Assembly (NCBI GenBank): GCA_051942245.1
Contig: JAVECL010000002.1
Span: forward strand, 62,001 to 126,000
Source: Trypethelium eluteriae
Taxonomy: Eukaryota
Length of the DNA stretch: 64,000 bases
Direction of reading: 5' to 3'
Below are positions 29,286 to 41,472 of this stretch, one piece after another. The notes under the pieces were generated by a model. That model saw only the letters and a list, made by a program, of their open reading frames with translations, was not told the origin of the DNA and did not search any database. Position numbers and translations under genes: made by a program. The stretch's first letter is position 1, and every line of letters begins with the position of its first letter.

Positions 29286-31815
29286 GTTTACGATTCCCTA
29301 AAATAAAAGAAAAAAAGAGAAAAACAAATGACTGGGCGCTTCAGTCAATAGCGATATCTTGTCCTTTGGAAAATAAATCTCGTCTTATTTCTTGGAGGGT
29401 TCTGTAAGAAGAAACAGCCAAACGGATTTGAGAAATATGTTCGCCAGGAAAACGAGAGTTCGACCGGTCCCGAGACGTCCCGTACTAGAGACACTACAAT
29501 CACAGGCTTGGTTGGGGTATGACTGATGATGTTTCTTGTGGCTCTTGTTTATGCGACTAACAAGTTTGCGGCTTATACATCAAGATTCTAGATTGGTAGA
29601 TTCCGGTGCCTTTCCTGCTTCGACTGAGGTTCCATGCAGGCAGGAGTAAGAAAAGCGGTACGGATAGTTGTTTCCGGATAGTTGATGAGGCTCAAGACGA
29701 AACCTGGTGTGTTTTGGAACGACAGAATATGGCGTCACGAGCGTAGGGATAAATGTAATACCAAGGAACACCGAGGGCGTTCTGGTGAGACGGCGGAACA
29801 CTCAAGGAGAAAGTATAATGAAAAGATATGAAAGCGGTGGAGTTGGCCTTGTTGTAAGGGGTTGAGCGGATGGGATCTAGCGGTCCCTTATGCAAGAAGA
29901 AGGTCGATTAAAGTCAGAGCCAGGCGAAGATGGAAGGGAAATGGTGGCAATAGAAGTACGGTATTGCTCCTATGCTAATCGAGTGACGGTGGTTGCTCGG
30001 GCCAGGCATGGGGTGTGGGGGGAGGAGAATTGCTTGATTCAAGACGCAAGAGACATGTTTGAGATGGTGCTGGACGCATGCGATTCAACGAACAGAGCTT
30101 TCCCGCGGTACAATCGCACAAAACAGGTGGCCAGCACCGGGCCCACGCCATGGGGTTCCATGCTAAACAATGGCCTTACGACCGGGATAGCCTCAAGATG
30201 CAATGGTCGGATGTGGCTAGTTCGAATACCGAGTAGTTGTCGATCAGGCAAGCAAGTTTGGCCCGCTCGACAGTAGACCCTTGGCCCAGCCTCAACTTAG
30301 AATGACGTTCTTCCCGCCGGATCGGCAGCGTCCACCACATGCTCCGGAAGCTTACTGAGGTTTAGCGAGGGTTTGGTGCCAGAAGTGGATGGTATTGCTG
30401 CCGCCAATGGCTGGAGCTCCCTGTCAGGCGTGTAGAGAGGATGTCGGTGAGGATGCTTTCGTGCCCGATTCGCAATTCCAGATTTGGATACGAATGCAAT
30501 GTGTAGGCGAGCGGCAATCTCCAGGGTGGCGGGCCCCAGATCTGTGAGATGCAAGCAGCGGAGATGCACTCTGCAATATTACAGGGAAGAATGATGTCCA
30601 GTAGAGCCTGGTTGAGAATGGCTTGATGTTTCGTCTCGTGAGCATTCGCCAATGGTGATGAGGAGATTGGCGTGCATAATGGCGGTGAAACAGCGGCATA
30701 ACGAATAGTTGACTTGTTGAAGGGATGGTAGGATGTAGGCGAATCGGTTTGGTCGATTGAATATTCGAAGAGTGGCCCATTTTGGAGAACTGCGCCGAGA
30801 GCTACCAGAAGTGTCTCGTTTGCATCCTTACTCCCACGTTGCGATGGCTGCGCTAAGATGTCAAATCTTGGAGCGACCGAGGGGCAAAAGGCGTGTCAGC
30901 TTGCTTTGGTAGGGGCGCCATTTGGGCTTCAAAGTCAAGAAGGTTCGGAAGGTGTTCCAGCAGGGGGTTTCCCACAATAGCCGCGATTCGATTAGCACAA
31001 ACCTTGGCGAACCTTTTCGTATCCGGCAGCGCGTCAGAGAATGCATGATGTAAGGCTAAGCAGGGTCTACCAAATTCGTTGCAGGCCCGTCGATGACGGG
31101 CCACTAACGCTGGACGTAAGGTCGAGCAATGGGAGCAGATAGCAGATATCCGGCAGCAAGCTATTCAGTCACCAACTCACCGACTCATGAAATTACTGAG
31201 AGCCTCCTGAGAGCCTGCCAATGCCAACGATGGGAGCATCTACCCATTCTACCCGCGGTGCCGCGGCTCCCCTGCAATCGCGACATCCATTATGTGTTTC
31301 GTCACCTTGGCCATGCAGTATGTACGGCACGCACGCACCCCTACGATACTCTAGTCCATGACAGTGGTGAGCGGCACACCCAGCGATGCCAGGCTGGGAA
31401 CGTGCGGGATTCGCGCTAGATCACTTGGCTCTAGTTTGCGCATTGCATACCATTGATACATAGTAGGCTTGAGCCATGATGATGCTGCGAGGGGGTACGA
31501 GAGGCTCAAGTCGCGTAGGGATAGACTACTTATCACGCAACTATGAGTAGGGCCCGAAGCTGCCGAGCCAAGATGCGACTCAGGGCGCATGAGGAGAGAA
31601 ATCGGGGTTCCAGGGCACCTGGGACAGCCGAGACACTCCACACATGTCAAAACGAAGAGACCACCAAGACGATCTTCCTCGGTAGGAGGGCAAAGCATGA
31701 AACGTTCTTCTCAACTCGAGGCAGAACGGTGCTCCTTGCCAGCGGTTTCGGCCACTGTTCCCACGACCTGCAAGGAGAAGCTGACTGCAGCGGAAAGTAC
31801 CCACGTCACACACTA

Positions 31816-31844
31816 CCTGGCACCCTGGCACCCTGGCACCCTGG
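31816..31844. repeat. Tandem repeat (CCTGGCAC)x3.6
   Basis: Read directly from the sequence. Confidence 0.85.
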
Positions 31845-32666
31845 GGTGCTGGGGTAGGTGTTCTACCTAGTTTAGCTCATGATCGCTGTGGTGGCTATCA
31901 CAATCCAGGGGCGGCGGAACCGGTGGGAGCCCTACAGGCCGCCTTCTGCCAAATCGGTGCTCTACAGTTGAACGGCAAATTCCTTGCAGCGGCGTCTGAC
32001 CGACGAAATGGCTTGAGATCCCTAGACAAACTCATCGCCATGTTTGGCAGTATGAAGACATGCCCCATGCGAAATGCAACATGTAGTCGAAGAGCTTTAT
32101 TGCTTAGCATACCTGTCTACCTAAGTTACCTCAAGTGATATTGGGATATCTCCATCGCGCAAGTTGGAGTGTCGTGTGTGCCATTCGTGCACATGATATA
32201 ACCTTGGGAATTCCATTTGTTTTTTTTAGGGCAAGGGGGATCTCAGGGTTTATTTGGCAAGACAACCACCACAATTCTGCATCCTTCGGCCAGTGCCGAA
32301 TCAGATCAGTTTTTGCTTTTGATCTATAATCGTGTGGCTGTTACCCCAGATGGAGACAGGCGACCAAGCACCAAGGGATGAAGGGACCGACTACTTAACG
32401 CTAAATACAACTACGGTACTCGCTACGAGAGTAGTGACGGCACGAAGTACTTATGTGCCTTACTACCATGCTGCCTCTTGGAAACCCTACTACGATTGGA
32501 AACCCTACCGCTTATTGCACGCCAGACGACCGAAACCTAAGTGTACCGCGGCTATCCCGCACCCGCTCGGGACAAAGACCCGCGAGAGCACCTAAAGCAC
32601 CTAAGCACCTGAAGGGGGTAAGCAAAACCCCCCAAGCGGCGTCGATCTCGTCCCAAACACGTTCCA

Positions 32667-33695
32667 ATGTCGCACCGGGTAGCTACGGACATCCCATTAC
32701 TTGTTCGCTCAGAGAACACATCCTCAGAGCGGCGCGTCTCACCATCATGGACCATCTCTCACTTCAAGTCCCGGCTCGAGCCTATCACTGGCGTCCCAGC
32801 TTCGTGTCAAAAACTTACTCTGGGAACATCCCATCCAGACCGTACATTGGAAGTCGAGGATGAGGACTCATCGAATGTGCAAGACTGGGGTCTTCAGCCG
32901 TATTCCGAGATCGTCGTACGTGGATTTTGTTTGATTTCCGAACTCTATGCCGACCATAATCGATCAAGACGCATTTGCAATTCTGTCTTGCATTCATCTA
33001 GCCACCTTCTCGATTGCCTTTGCGCGAAGCCTTACGCCTCGACGATGGCGAAGGCTTAATCTCACGTGCCGCCACGTGTGTTCTACTGCAAGTTTGGTCT
33101 AATTAATCTGTACCTCGGCTAGCGCCGAATCTTGCAGCGCCACTTGACGCTTTGGGCTGCATAGAGTCGCTGACTTTTCCATGAATGATACTTATTTCCG
33201 CCATGTTAGGTCCAAGACACGCGGCCCACTTCAGCCCGCACCAATTTCCATGATCTAGAATCCGTCAAGAAATATGAGATGCCGACAGAGCAATACGAAG
33301 CCCGGCCTGACAGTGTCCTGGCCTGGAAGCGATCGCAAAAGCTTGGTCGCTTCGACCCTAGTGCACCCAGCCTGGAGGACCAGAAAATCCGTGCACTTCG
33401 GCGGGAGGTGGAAGAGAGGGGAGTCTCTACCGGCAGACGCTGTCATCTGCTGCCAGTGACGGATGCTCGACGCGGAATCGTCAGCTACATCGGAGACGTC
33501 CCCCAAATTCCGGGTGTTGGCACCTGGGTGGGCCTAACTCTCGACGAACCTACTGGCAAGAATGACGGTTCCATCGGAGGCCAGCGCTATTTCGAGTGCA
33601 AGATGAACTGTGGGATCTTCGTCCGGCCCGAGCGGGTTGAAGTTGGAGACTACCCTCCACTGGAAGATCTTGACTCGGAAATGGAGGAGATTTGA
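32667..33695 (+). CDS. ALF1: Tubulin-folding cofactor B (ubiquitin-like plus CAP-Gly), intron 32916-33209
   Basis: SERRVSPSWTISHFKSRLEPITG ubiquitin-like domain; CAP-Gly WVGLTLDEPTGKNDGSIGGQRYFEC...GIFVRP; ends EEI*. Confidence 0.93.
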
Positions 33696-33958
33696 GCGGG
33701 CCGGCAACGACATCAGTAGCGAGGGGATCCGATAGGATCAAGATGGCTTCAGTAGTCGGTCGAATTCTAAATTCAAAGATACTAAAAGCCGCATCACCAG
33801 AATTCCATGCTAGACGTCCCACAATACGATCGAAGTAGGTGCACTCCGCAGAACGCCCAACTACCTGCCCTAGGTATACCCAATCCGTCCTCCGTATAGA
33901 CAGAAACATGAAACGTAGCCACATACCCGGTCATGCATGCATCCATTCGAAAGCGTAA

Positions 33959-36900
33959 TTACCCCACATTCTCTTCTTCTGTCGAGGCTTGCATTACGCA
34001 ACTTTGACCAAAAAAAATCTTTGCCTCGCTTGTCGTACTCTCGTTACGGATGGCGTAATTGTTCCCTGCATGCACGTGACGTTAGTCTATATACACTGTG
34101 CAGATGCGCATTATAGGAAAACAAGGGAAAAGTAGTACGAAAAAGGAACAGCAGAATTGGGATGCCCCCACGAAGACCTTCGGACCAAAGCGGCAGTCCC
34201 AATAGGCGACTGGGCAGGCGAAGCCGATCACTCGGTATCGCACCGAAGCAGGGTCTAGCCCAACGGTTTGAACGTGGCCAAACACATCCGCATTACGACA
34301 GAGGACCGAATAGCAGTATCCAGATTGCTTTCGCGTAATGACGCAGGAATCGCGCAGGGGATCGGTTACGCTTATAAACCATCCGGTGCGGCCATCCGCT
34401 GTGTCACCCCACGAAGAATGTGGATGACTGGCCAAGACGCAAACACGTCGATACGTTGATGTCCGCAAGCGAAGACTGATAAGGTGGACAACGCCCCGAG
34501 GAGAAGAGGAAAAAGAGCAAAGGCACGTCATCTTCTCGTGACGACACTCCGAAAAGACCTCGATCCGGAAATGGTAGAGATATCGGCCCCCCACGCTGGC
34601 AAAAGCTTCCTTGTGCAGAATGGATGGATGCAACAACAGCAGAAAAACGACAAAAACCCCACGCCTTCCAACGTACCTCTAGGAACTTGAAATACGCCCC
34701 CCTTCCCAATGCTGAATTCTTGATCAGCCACCTCGACTCTGACGCGTCCTGCATGCATGAAGAAGACCATCTGCATCTTTCTGGAGTTCTTGCTCCTCTT
34801 GAAGCCATTGGGAGGCAACTCCACCATCCCACATCCGAAGAAGGGAAGCGCCATGATCTTGGCGTACCGGAAGTTGGCCGACGCGACGTTTCGGGTGACG
34901 ATCGAGGTCGATGCAAACGCGAGTTCTAGATAGCGTAACAGATCGTTAGCCATTGCTGTCCGCTTGCGTAGAATGGAAACGCCGCCTGTCGACGATTATG
35001 GTGAGGATGCCGCCACAACAATATATCCCCACGACCTATGGAAGTTTTGGAGCACAATCACACATACCAGTCTGCACCTCCTCCCTGATCCCAAGCTCCA
35101 GGAAATTGTCATATCCCCTCACCATCCCCGTCAAGATGCCCCCACTCTCTTCCCACTCTTCTAAGTCATCTTCTTCCTTGACCTCCTTGCCGGCTCTCCT
35201 TCCTGTCCCCCTTTGCCCCCGACTCCCTCCTCCAGCCTCCTCCTCTACACTCTCCAGCCGTGGTCTCCTCCTTCTATCCCCTCTCTCCTTCCTTCTTGTC
35301 TCCTCGATCTCCACCTCCTCCGCTCTTGTGACCCCCGTGACCTGTCCTCGATGATATTCATACCCCTCGTTCAACCACCACTTGAAGGGCTTCACGCTTG
35401 TCCGTCCTGACCGCGTCATCCGCGCCCCGTCGTCTTCCGTCGGGGTTCCCTGACGAAGAAGCGTCAGGCTGCGGGCGCCTGGCCGCTTGAAGCCGGCTGC
35501 TGTAGATGGCACACTAGAGCCGGCACGCGAAGTACCGCGCGAGGAAGGAGCTTTGTAGAAGGCATCGCGGTCATGGGAGGATTCCTCATCATGCTCTTCA
35601 GTATCTTGGCTGCGGGTACTGGATAGGGTTTGGTGAGCGGGAGAGACGAGTTGAGCGCCCTTCTGACGCTTGGTTGGTGGTTGTGATGATCCTTTGGCAT
35701 CTTTGCGGGGTCGACCACGTTTTTTGGTCAAGACTCGGGGTTGTGAGCGAGCGACTTCTTGGACAGGGTTTATGTGGTTGTCTTCGGAGTGGTCTCGAAC
35801 CCCGTTCTCAAGTGGTAAATCCACTTGCGTCTCGTCTTGTACGTCGCTTTGGGTATCAGTCGCTTCGCCGGCTTGTACCTTGGTCGTGGCATTTTGCTTT
35901 CCGTTCAAATCCCCTCGTGCATTTTGTGCAGGCGATATCTCGTTTAGAGTATCGTCTTTTTGAGAAGCCTTTGCCCCACGCTTGACTTTCTTGTCTGACT
36001 TCTTCCGTGGCTTCGGCAAGAAATCAGAAGGAAATCGATTTTCTTGATTCTGAGATTCACCACCAGCTTCGTCATCATTGTAGTTTTGCTTGCTTTTGCC
36101 CTTTCGTGCAGGCGCTCGTTCCGGTGCAGAATCTTGTACTTGTATAGGCATCGGCATAGGGTCGTTTGTGGAATCATTCTGCACAATTTGCACCGAGTCA
36201 TCTTCATTGGAAATGGGAAGACTGCGGTTCGCATTGTCATCAGCCTGACCCTGCGACTCTTCCTTTTCGTATATCGAGTCAATCTGACCACGCGGTTCTG
36301 GTAACGGTAAATATGTAGCAGTAGGGCTGTCTTGAGTACCCTCCGCGGTAGCGTTCAGGCGCGTGATAGATCGTCCATCAGGACTTTGCTCGATGCTTGG
36401 AGTTATCTCGTCAACGGAATAGTCGAATTTGCGATTCACTGTGGTGGGTGGTGTTACGCCATTTGGTGTGTGCTTAATGCGGGACGGCGGTCCGAGAGAA
36501 GGCGGCCTTCTCGGTGAGGAGCCAAGTGCTGTCTTCATCGGTGAGCGTCCTGGAGGAGGGATTCGGTTGTTGAAATTGCCAGTGAGTCTCTTCGCGCTTG
36601 GATGGTTGACCGGTTCTATGATGGGATCTGCGGCAGGCAATTAGTTATTATTCCATGCGTAACTTTTCAATTATTAAGATCAAATTCAAGTTCACTGACT
36701 TTGCGCGGCCTCTCTAATCTCAGAAGATGGCTGCGTTTTGTTGCCAGTGTGGTCCCGTTTGGGAGGCGACTTCTCGGGCGATGAGAAAATTCCGTCGATT
36801 GGTTCGAGACCGTCTGCATCTCTTATGCCATTATCCTTCAGTGTGATTCCAGTTTTTCTATCAATATACATCAGAGACCAGACCTGTTCTGGATGCCATC

Positions 36901-36983
36901 AAGAGAGCCCACCTTCCCTGCTTCCCCACATCAAAGTATATGTTGTCGCGCTTTTTGCCCCGGGGAGTTATCACAGGTGCCAT
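33959..36983 (-). CDS. MIF2: Inner kinetochore protein CENP-C/Mif2; exons approx. 36983-36913, 36857-36700, 36627-35068, 34925-34677, 34065-33959
   Basis: Mif2_N-like FDVGKQGR|KTGITL...DGLEPIDGIFSSP; AT-hook KRGRPRK; CENP-C motif TRSGRTSVKPFKWWLNE; cupin FFGCGMVELPPNGFK...FQVPR|GNNYAIRNE...KIFFGQ. Confidence 0.92.
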
Positions 36984-37189
36984 GGTGCGTTGGTTGGCGG
37001 AAATAGTCTGAAGTGGGCGCGAGCGACTCATGTGCAAAGAGGGTAATAATGATACTGTTATATGTTTCGGGCCTTAAAGAAGCGCTCTCAATGCATTTTC
37101 GGGGGGAGTTTGTTCTGTAGCCATGCACGCCATGTTGATGCGTCGACCAAAGGCAGACTAGCCTGCTCCGGCCCGCTTGTCGATCTACA

Positions 37190-37213
37190 ACGCGCTCCGA
37201 CGCGTCACCGCGT
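37190..37213. promoter_or_regulatory. MCB-like cluster in the MIF2/RNH201 bidirectional promoter
   Basis: ACGCGC (37190), ACGCGT (37200) and CCGCGT (37208) within 24 bp. Confidence 0.55.
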
Positions 37214-37343
37214 GTTCCACCATCGCAACGGTCAAACCCGTCCCTGTGAACTTTGGAAATCATTGAGCAAATGAAGACTCGGCCATCCCTTGGTTCTGTT
37301 CCATCGCCATCTTTAACCTCTGTCTTTCCGTCCTCGACTGATT

Positions 37344-38546
37344 ATGGCAGAAATTGAAGCTCAAGAGATTCTCCAAGACTCTCAAGACTTTACCAAAGAA
37401 ACGATACCAGAAGACGTTTTCGTTGCGCCATCAATCAACCATCGTGAAATATTGTCTGGCTGCTCGTATTCACATTTCTCACCTCTCCCAGAAGCTCTTG
37501 GCAATGGTATGAACACTGAGTGCGTAATTGGCATTGACGAAGCAGGGAGAGGACCTGTGTTAGGTAGAAAGCCCCTTGAACACATTGCAACATGACTGAT
37601 GATCTCTACATATACTTGGAACCCATACTGACAGTACATTAGGACCTATGGTTTATGCTCTTTTCTACTTGCCTCTGTCCCTTCATCATTCTCTCCTTGC
37701 CGAAACACACCATTTCAATGATTCCAAAGTCCTTACCCCTGCCGTTCGCTCATCCCTAATGGAAAAGCTTTGCACTGGCAACTCAGATTTATTCCGCCAG
37801 TGTGGCTGGGCTACTACAGTCATGTCCGCACGGGACATCTCCGCGGGAAGGCTAAAATCAGTTGGAACGTACAACCTTAATGCACAGGCGATGGATGCTA
37901 CAGTGGAACTGATGAAAAAGGTTCTGGATATGGGAGTCAATGTCAGAGAAGTATACATTGATACGATTGGGAAGCCAGAGCATTACCAGTCGAAGCTAGA
38001 GAGGATATTTCCAAATCTACAAATTACCGTCGCCACCAAAGCCGACTCGTTGTATCCGTGCGTTTCGGCGGCTTCAGTATGTGCGAAGGTTACACGTGAT
38101 GCTGCACTGGACGTATCCTATGACATATATAGAGAGGAGGGGGTGAAAGAGTAGGCAAACTCTGCTCGGAATTTGCAAGTACAGTCTGCCAATACTGACT
38201 CTTTTTCAATAGTTTTAAATCAATAGCCACGGACTCTCTGCTCGCACAACCCGAATGGGGCTCCGGCTATCCATCGGATGCGCGTTGCTCCATGTGGCTG
38301 AAACATCGAATGGACCCTATATTTGGTTGGGGGCCTGAGTGTAGATTCTGTTGGGACACCGTGAAGAAAATGCTTGATGCCAAAGCTCCAGCGGCGCACG
38401 TCGACTGGCCTGTGGAGGTCGAAGATGACAGTATGAAAGTGACTAACTACTTTTCCGGAAGCGCGGCGGCCGGAGAGACTGAATCTACCGAACAAGACGA
38501 GTTGTCAGGATGGTTTGGAAGACGCGTTTCTGAGCCTGTTTTTTAG
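37344..38546 (+). CDS. RNH201: Ribonuclease H2 catalytic subunit A; introns approx. 37563-37642 and 38151-38212
   Basis: GIDEAGRGPVLG|PMVY, DSKVLT, YIDTIG, KADSLYPCVSAASVCAKVTRD, WGSGYPSD. Confidence 0.95.
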
Positions 38547-38699
38547 CGGCGTGTCGAGCCCACAAAACAGTTCCATGTGGAGTCCCTCCTTTTCTAATAC
38601 GTCTCTATGACGGATACCCAACTACCCATGAACGCGTCTACGTCAAATAGTGTCCAGTCGCAACATCGTTGCCGTGCGTAGCTCATTTTACCCGGCCCG

Positions 38700-39919
38700 C
38701 ATCGAGATCGAGTCATCCAAAAATCAACCTTGACAGCCAGAAATCAAGATCAATGTCCTCCCGACATGTCTTCATCAAGGACAATTTCTGTTTCCCCCAA
38801 AGTACGACAGGTGGTGACAGTCTTGCCATCTACGGCAATTCGGTATATGCAATTTGTGCGCGAGCCATGATAAGTCGATGTCAACGTTGGTTTCATCGTA
38901 GACTAGAATTACTCGGGCCCGCAAAATTGCAAGGCACCAGGTATCTGTTTTCATGAGCCGGAAAATAGTACCGAACAACAGATATCTAAAATCCGATAAA
39001 CAGGTTTTGGTCAGCGTGCCCTTCCGCAAACATTCATTGTTCCGGTCCCGCACTACCACATTGGATTTCTGATCAAATTGAGATAACTCTCAGCATGCAG
39101 TGCAGCAAGCCATGTCAATGTTTTCATGCAAATCCGCTCGACACCTGCGAATTTGCTGGTAACTGACAAGTTGTGACCCTGGGAATGGGCACGAAGCGGA
39201 ACCCTTTGCGGATCATTCCTTGGCAGGATTGCCACAAAATCTCTCCAATTGCTCAGAATACTCTCTGTTCAACCCTCAAATCATGGCCACCAGGTCGACC
39301 CGACCCGGGCTTGATTCCACGTTGGATGGTATCACAGTGTATTGCAAAATCTGTAATATGGAAAAAGGGGTGTGGATTGGGGTGAAGACTGGATACGGCT
39401 GTGTTTACAATGGCCTACGACGCGCGTGTGACAGCGAAGCATGTTGCTTAATCAGCCCCCTTTTCTGTCATCTTCTGGAACAAAGCAAAGTGGGCCTGTG
39501 ACGTGTGGAGCCATCTCAATTTAGTTGAACCATACCCACTCGTGACGCATAGTCCACTTCAGCTATATACTGATACAGAGCCCCGAGCGTGTAGGAAATA
39601 TTGTTGAGGTCCATGCTGAGGTGATAAGGGTGCACTGTGTAGCATCCTCGGAGCTCTGCAGAACGACTTGCAAGAGCGCCACCGAAAACCGTTCTGAGCA
39701 AGGGTGCGTTAATTGCGTAAATAGAAGTACCTGCCGAACCGGCGTACGATAATGCCTTTTCTCGACATCTCGGGGATATGCAAAGTCCTCAAAGTCACTC
39801 GCGTACATGTAGATTGTGGACTCAGGAATACCACTCGCGCTAGCGAGGTAGTTGAAGGTCTTCTCCAAACGCTCCAGTGCTATGTCATCCGACTGGTCCA
39901 ACAGTTGCACAGTGCTCAT
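38700..39919 (-). pseudogene. Possible degenerate ORF remnant of unknown family
   Basis: 118-aa ATG ORF (MSTVQLLDQSDDIALERLEK...) with an intron-like unit near 39730-39694, followed by stop-interrupted protein-like frames. Confidence 0.25.
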
Positions 39920-40312
39920 TTAGCAGAGTCAATGATCCTAAACATGCATTGTAGCGCCGGCAGCCTCGTCCTCCGAGAGGCTGCGAACAGGGACAAAGCC
40001 TATTATACAGGGCATGTCCCAATTAGAGCTCTAGCCAAGACCAATTCCTTAAGAGTTTCTATGGTATACGCACTTAGGGATGCCTGAAACGAAGGTCTAT
40101 GTGACTTCATTCTGAAAAGCTTTGCCTTGTACAGATTTGTCTAGGTGTGGTTTATGCCTGAGCTAACGGCACTTAAAGTAGAATGCTTGATGAGTGGACG
40201 CGTGTGCTGCCGTGACGAAGGGGTTTATCAAGGAGTCTTTTAACGACAAGAAAACGATATGCAGAATAGTGGCATACATGCCAAAATCTTCCAAACCAAG
40301 ACAGAAGAACAT

Positions 40313-41079
40313 CTATTTCGAGTTATGCTTGTCTAAAGGCTTAGCAGTGTTGAGCACGGTTTTTACGGACTCGCGGGACACCATCTTGCCAATCCACTCC
40401 ATTAGATGCGGGAAGTTATGAACATTGTACTCATCCTTCTCAAGAATCATACTTATGGTGCTTTGGTACGGCACGAAGGCAATATCTGCATAGGACAGTT
40501 TATTACCCACGAGCCATGGTCCATCACTACCAGCGCTGAGACCATGTCTCTCTTTCTGCCGAGCAAGATATCCATCCAGAACGGCAGAAACTCGATTGAC
40601 TTCTTTGACATAACGCTCAAGGGCACTGGGTACCTGCTCGTGGTGATACTTTTTGAACCAGGCCGCCTATGCAAGCTTCAACGTTAGTTGTATGGTGGCA
40701 TGCGGTCCGCCGCGAACGCGAAACAAACCTGTCCAAAGTATGGTCCCTGTCCTGTGGTCTGATAGAAGAGCCATTGCTTCGCATGCCACGACTCTGGACT
40801 TCCTGACACAAAACTCAGGAGATGCTCAGTGTCGTAGAGCTCGATAAGATACTCGATAATGGCACCAGGTTCGAATAGCGTGATTCCTGTGTTGGGGTCA
40901 TGTATAGAAGGTATTCGGCCATTAGGGTTGATGGTGAGGTACTCGGGCTTCTTCACATCCGAAAAAGGGATCGGAACTATTTCGCAAGGAATACTGAGTT
41001 CTTCTAGGATAATGGCAACTTTAGGTGGATTAGGACCGCCCTGGCCCCAAACTTTGATTGGTCTGATTTGTGGCGGCAT
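40313..41079 (-). CDS. Glutathione S-transferase, Ure2/Nu-like class; intron 40728-40667
   Basis: GPNPPKVAIILEEL, INPNGRIPSI, LFEPGAIIEYL, QWLFYQTTGQGPYFGQ|AAWF, WLVGNKLSYADIAF. Confidence 0.93.
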
Positions 41080-41441
41080 CTCCTCTTATGTCCAATTTAC
41101 ATGCAAAAATCGACGGTGGACTGGTCGGACTCGGAGAAGCGTAACAAAAAGGCGACTGTACAAAGAAGAGTAGATATACGAAAGTTGGTGAACTGGAGAT
41201 GGAATACTGCAGACCACACAGAGGATTTATAATATACACGCTATTTTACTCGATGTCTGAATTCGACCGTCATTGCACTCAAAAAAAACTCACGTTGACA
41301 GCATCCAGAACGAAGTTCCTGATATTTGTCATGGTAGTGTTATCATGCTTTGAAGGATGCTCAGGATTGTCGTTCCACTCGCTGCGTCTTTCCCAGACGA
41401 GCTCGGGCTCGCTACTTTTAATGGGGGCGGTGGGTGCGAGA

Positions 41442-41472
41442 GTTTGCACGTTTGCACGTTTGCACGTTTGCA
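41442..41472. repeat. Tandem repeat (GTTTGCAC)x3.9 in the GST / C6-factor divergent promoter
   Basis: Read directly from the sequence. Confidence 0.85.

Noticed and set aside
34066..34676. RNase P/MRP, TPP riboswitch, HDV-like ribozyme or C/D snoRNA inside the CENP-C intron
   Set aside because: Could not find the CR-I/CR-V helices, the CUGAGA aptamer core, the nested pseudoknot, or an RUGAUGA/CUGA pair by eye.
34082..34916. 170-184 aa ORFs spanning the long CENP-C intron
   Set aside because: No recognisable motifs, and the Cys/Arg/Ser-rich composition is typical of non-coding frames.
6943..38546. Apparent chromosome-maintenance cluster (chromodomain gene, SAE2, TBCB, CENP-C, RNase H2A)
   Set aside because: Interleaved with unrelated genes, and the category is broad and defined post hoc. 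Only the divergent pairs were kept.
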